64,000 nt of DNA, from contig OZ024744.1 of assembly GCA_964016885.1 (NCBI GenBank), positions 38,750,001 through 38,814,000 on the forward strand. The letters are read 5' to 3'. The notes beneath the pieces were generated by a model. That model was not told the origin of the DNA and searched no databases. It was given only the letters and a program-made list of their open reading frames with translations. Position numbers and translations under genes: made by a program. Of the stretch, positions 63,557 through 64,000 are shown one piece after another. Origin of the DNA: Eledone cirrhosa (taxonomy: Eukaryota). Within the stretch, counting starts at the first letter, position 1, and each line of letters starts with the position of its first letter.

Positions 63557-64000
63557 GGAAACATGAAATAGCAACACGCATATGCAAAGATTGAGGAGTG
63601 TACTTTTTGAATTCCCTTATTCTCAGGGAATGATTGTTTATCTACTGGAAACGTAGAACACCAACAGGCAAAATCCAGTAGTAGCGGTGTCAGTGGGCTG
63701 ATTGCGGAAATCCTGTATGCGAAAGGTGTAAGTAAGTTTCGTGGGGCGGTGTATGTCGTAAGTCTGTTCACGAATTACGTCACAGATGGGGAACACACGT
63801 CAGTCTGATGGAGTGATTGTGTGAAAACCAAGTAGGCATGAACGTTTAAGTAGGGATATTGGGAGGAGGAAATCAGCGTGGCAACGCAGCTGCAGCAGAA
63901 GGGGGTCATAGTGCTATAAGCACAAACACTAGGCGGCACTGGTTGCACTGCATTTTCACAGCAACAAAAGTGCGACAAAAGGGGTCACTGCGGAATTAGC

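Overview
A eukaryotic, extremely repeat-dense window with no confidently identifiable host gene. The SINE family and the (TA)n/(TACA)n/(TTA)n microsatellite load suggest a cephalopod (Octopus-like) genome; this is inference. 1-31.5 kb is a same-strand cluster of Tx1-clade (L1-group) non-LTR retrotransposons: three near-full-length copies joined head-to-tail through (TTA)n tracts, plus three decayed copies or fragments. Each near-full-length copy has a CCHC-knuckle ORF1 and an APE-RT-zf ORF2. 33-64 kb is a mosaic of R4/Dong-like (RT-REL) elements, RTE elements, Penelope-like (GIY-YIG) fragments with hammerhead-ribozyme-bearing inverted repeats, tRNA-type SINEs, a hAT-like MITE, tandem repeats and microsatellites. 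Lead observation: in all three near-full-length Tx1 copies (two diverged families), ORF2 is bracketed by a consensus splice donor (G|GTAAGT, 35-39 nt upstream of the ORF2 ATG) and a pyrimidine-tract/YAG acceptor in the 3' UTR. ORF2 therefore looks like one intron, and the donor also marks where diverged ORF1 modules join near-identical ORF2 modules. All family assignments come from motif recognition by eye, not database searches.
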